Source of the DNA: an uncultured delta proteobacterium
GTDB lineage: Bacteria > Desulfobacterota > RBG-13-43-22
Direction: 5' to 3'
NCBI GenBank assembly: GCA_963843145.1
Contig: CAWJJC010000002.1
Span: forward strand, 106,432-170,431
DNA: 64,000 nucleotides
Each line of letters begins with the position of its first letter. The first letter of the stretch is position 1. The position numbers were made by a program, and so were the translations under genes. Positions 61,347 to 64,000 of the stretch are shown in pieces. The notes below the pieces were generated by a model that had not been told where the DNA came from, ran no database searches, and was given only the letters and a program-made list of their open reading frames with translations.

Positions 61347-61875
61347 CGGGGTCTTCGCTTAAGCTTTTGATTTCTTCCAAAGAGGGCAGGGCCGACAAGT
61401 CTTTAAGCTCGAACAGCTCCAGGAAGCGCTTGGTGGTGCCGTAAAGGATGGGTCGTCCGGGAATTTCCTTGCGCCCCAGGATCCGTATGAGGTTTTTCTC
61501 CAGCAGGGTGCGCAGGATGCCGTCCACTTCCACCCCTCTCAGCAGGGCGATGTCGCCCTTCACTACCGGCTGCTTGTAGGCAATGATGGCCAGGGTCTCC
61601 AGGGACGCCTTGCTCAGGCGGGTGGGGGCGGCTTTTTTCATCAGCTTGATCCACTCGCTGTAGCGGGGTTTGGTCCGGAACTGAAGCCCCTCCGCCACTT
61701 CCTGTAAATAGAGGCCCCGGTCCGGGGAGTCGTAATCGGCTTTCAAGGCCTGCAGGGCCTCTTCCACGGCCTTGGCGGTGAAGCCTTCCCCTAAAACCTC
61801 CTGAACCCTTTTGGGCGTCAGCGGGGTAGGGGAGACAAATATCAGGCATTCCAATAAGGGTTTTAATTCATCCAT
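61315..61875 (-). CDS. scpB: SMC-Scp complex subunit ScpB
   Basis: LSKASLETLAIIAYKQP, RGV, PGRPILYGTT..FL..F.L. Confidence 0.95.
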   Translation of the reverse strand: MDELKPLLECLIFVSPTPLTPKRVQEVLGEGFTAKAVEEALQALKADYDSPDRGLYLQEVAEGLQFRTKPRYSEWIKLMKKAAPTRLSKASLETLAIIAYKQPVVKGDIALLRGVEVDGILRTLLEKNLIRILGRKEIPGRPILYGTTKRFLELFELKDLSALPSLEEIKSLSEDPDETEAETEVE

Positions 61876-61881
61876 AGTTTA

Positions 61882-62601
61882 TTAGGAGAGTTGCGCCGGA
61901 GGCTCGGCCTTGAAAATGTGGACTTTCTCCCCGTGCACCTGCTGGTAAATGAGAATTTTATGCTGGCGGACCAACTCCAGTAAGGCCAGGAAGACGACGA
62001 TGATTTCGGCCCGGGTGAAGGGGGAAGGCAGAAGCCCTTCCAACAAGATCTGCCCCGAGGCATCCAACCGGGTTAAAATCTCCTCCATCTTCATTTCCAG
62101 GGGGACCAGCGGGCTGGGGGCCTGGAAGAACGATTCCTGCTCGACCGTCTGCAGGATCTTCCGGATGGCGTCGATCAATTCAAACAGGCCGACCCGGATC
62201 AGGCCCTCTTCCTTGCCTTCCATTTCCGGCGCCAAAAAATCACGGACAAAGACATCCCGATAAAGCAGGGGGCGCTGGCCCAGTTGCAAGGCGGCCTCTT
62301 TGAGCTGCAGGTATTCAATCAACGGTCGGGTGATCTCTTCTAAGGGGTCATCCTCCTCGCTTTCTTCCGCAGGGCGGGGAAGCAGCATCTTGGACTTGAT
62401 ATGCACCAACGTGGCGGCCATGACCAGGAAGTTTCCGGCCAGGTTGATATCCAGGTCTTTCATCAAATCCAGATATTCCAGGTATTGTTCGGTAATCACG
62501 GCGATGCGGATATCGTAGATATCCATCTCGTTTTTTTTAATCAGGTGCAGGAGCAGGTCCATAGGACCCTCGAAAATATCCAGTTTAACGGTGTAGTCCA
62601 T
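61882..62601 (-). CDS. scpA: Segregation/condensation protein ScpA
   Basis: FEGPMDLLLHLI, FLVMAATL..IKSKMLLP, FLALLEL. Confidence 0.95.
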   Translation of the reverse strand: MDYTVKLDIFEGPMDLLLHLIKKNEMDIYDIRIAVITEQYLEYLDLMKDLDINLAGNFLVMAATLVHIKSKMLLPRPAEESEEDDPLEEITRPLIEYLQLKEAALQLGQRPLLYRDVFVRDFLAPEMEGKEEGLIRVGLFELIDAIRKILQTVEQESFFQAPSPLVPLEMKMEEILTRLDASGQILLEGLLPSPFTRAEIIVVFLALLELVRQHKILIYQQVHGEKVHIFKAEPPAQLS

Positions 62602-62730
62602 GACAGTCGCGGGGCGCAGAGCGCAGAGTGCAGAGCGCGAAGCGTAAAAAACAATTCATTTCACGATCCCAAAAAAAAAGGGGGTTATTAGAATAAGCTC
62701 ACGCTCAGCGCTTCGCGCTCCGCGGCATTT

Positions 62731-63723
62731 CTAAAAGCCAATCAATTCCCGCACGCCGGCCAGGGTCCGCTCGGCAAAGGCCCTGGACTTGCGATTACCG
62801 TCCTCCAAAATCTGGCGCACCTCGTCGAGGTTTCGGCTCAGGTACTCCCGCTTGGTCCGGACCGGTTCCAAGGCCTCGATCACCCTTTTGATCAGCCGTT
62901 TTTTACAGTCCACACAACCGATGCCCGCTTTTCGGCATTCCCGGTTGATTTCGGCAATGGTTTCCGGAGGGGAATAAATCTTATGGAAAGGAAACAGGAC
63001 GCAGACCTCGGGATCACCCGGATCATTTCGCCGAGCCCGCTGGGGGTCGGTGACCATCTGGGAGAGTTTGCGGCGGACCTCCTCCAAAGAGTCGGACAGG
63101 AAAACGGAATTATTGTAGCTTTTGCTCATTTTCCGGCCATCGATACCCAGCAGTTTGGGTACCTCGGTGAGCAACAACTCCGGTACCGGGAAGAACTCGC
63201 CGTAGAGGAAATTAAAGCGTCGGGCGATTTCCCGGGTCAATTCCACGTGCGGCGCCTGGTCGATGCCCACCGGCACGGCATGGGCCTGGTACATGAGGAT
63301 ATCCGCGGCTTGCAGCACCGGGTAGCCCAGAAAGCCGTAGGTGGCGATGTCCTTACTTTCCAGTTCCTGCTGCTGTTCCTTGTAGGTGGGATTCCGTTCC
63401 AGCCAGGCCAGGGGGGTGATCATGGACAGGATCAGGTGGAGCTCCGCGTGTTCCTTAACGGCCGATTGGAGAAAAAAAGTGCAGATTTCGGGATCGAGCC
63501 CGACGCTGATCCAATCGATGACCATCTCCAGGATATGGGCCTGGATCCCCTTGGGGTCCTTATATTCGGTGGTCAGGGCGTGCCAGTCGGCAATGAAAAA
63601 GAAACACTGATATTCATACTGGAGTTCTTTCCAGTTGGCCAGGGCGCCGTGCAGATTGCCCAAATGCAGGTTCCCGGTCGGGCGCATGCCGCTTAATATT
63701 CTCTTTTTAGTGGGTTTTTCCAT
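62731..63723 (-). CDS. trpS: Tryptophanyl-tRNA synthetase
   Basis: SGMRPTG.LHLGN (HIGH), YPVLQAADIL, VPVGIDQ, KMSKS. Confidence 0.96.
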   Translation of the reverse strand: MEKPTKKRILSGMRPTGNLHLGNLHGALANWKELQYEYQCFFFIADWHALTTEYKDPKGIQAHILEMVIDWISVGLDPEICTFFLQSAVKEHAELHLILSMITPLAWLERNPTYKEQQQELESKDIATYGFLGYPVLQAADILMYQAHAVPVGIDQAPHVELTREIARRFNFLYGEFFPVPELLLTEVPKLLGIDGRKMSKSYNNSVFLSDSLEEVRRKLSQMVTDPQRARRNDPGDPEVCVLFPFHKIYSPPETIAEINRECRKAGIGCVDCKKRLIKRVIEALEPVRTKREYLSRNLDEVRQILEDGNRKSRAFAERTLAGVRELIGF

Positions 63724-63791
63724 GAATTTCCTAATACTCCCTTAATACGAAAATAGAATTGATCACCGCTTTTTAGGCGTTTTGTTTTTGC

Positions 63792-63870
63792 CGTCATCCC
63801 GGACTCGATCCGGGATCCAGGTAACCCAGGACCTTCACTGCCCTGGATTCCGGCGTTCGCCGGAATGACG
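63792..63870. repeat. REP-like double-hairpin palindrome (CGTCATCCCGG..CCGGAATGACG)
   Basis: Same architecture as 43413-43501. Confidence 0.7.
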
Positions 63871-64000
63871 ACCTAACAAATTGAATAAACATAAATTTTC
63901 ATGCTTCGGGGTGCCCGCCCCCGGGCATGGGGGTTTGATACAGAAAATTGGACTTGGCGCCACCCGGGCATTCATCAATAATTAATAATTAACAATTGAT

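Overview
Chromosomal window from an anaerobic deltaproteobacterium (Desulfobacterota-like, inferred from gene content). Core genes: aspartate aminotransferase, pilB-pilC-pilS, pcm, trpD, a complete shikimate/Phe/Tyr supra-operon (aroK-aroC-aroF-aroB-pheA-tyrA-aroD-aroE-aroA), modA, acyl-CoA carboxylase and dehydrogenase, AOR, rubrerythrin, tRNA-Val(CAC), rluB-scpB-scpA-trpS. The most striking feature is a ~16.3 kb island (9241-25533) built like a cassette array. Five cargo units each start at a CTTCC-TGWAR half-site and end at an AACAKT-WGTAG-GTG half-site. They are separated either by a small tyrosine recombinase gene (two near-identical copies) or by ~55-60 bp spacers that look like decayed, permuted copies of the target. 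Joining the island's two outer flanks restores CTTCCTGTAGGTG inside a ~175 nt rod-like hairpin whose arms pair across the island. Cargo: a DUF1566 lectin with the signature of a DGR variable region, three secreted proteins sharing a C-terminal (Y/F)LPLI-K/R tail, a trypsin-like protease with an attC-like hairpin, and a cyclase-AAA protein. Also present: three aromatic-amino-acid attenuator leader peptides, mirror-image divergent promoters, an IS1380 with IRs and TSD, and a ~4.3 kb tandem duplication tied to a tRNA-Val att fragment. All calls are from visual inspection and family knowledge; no searches were run.
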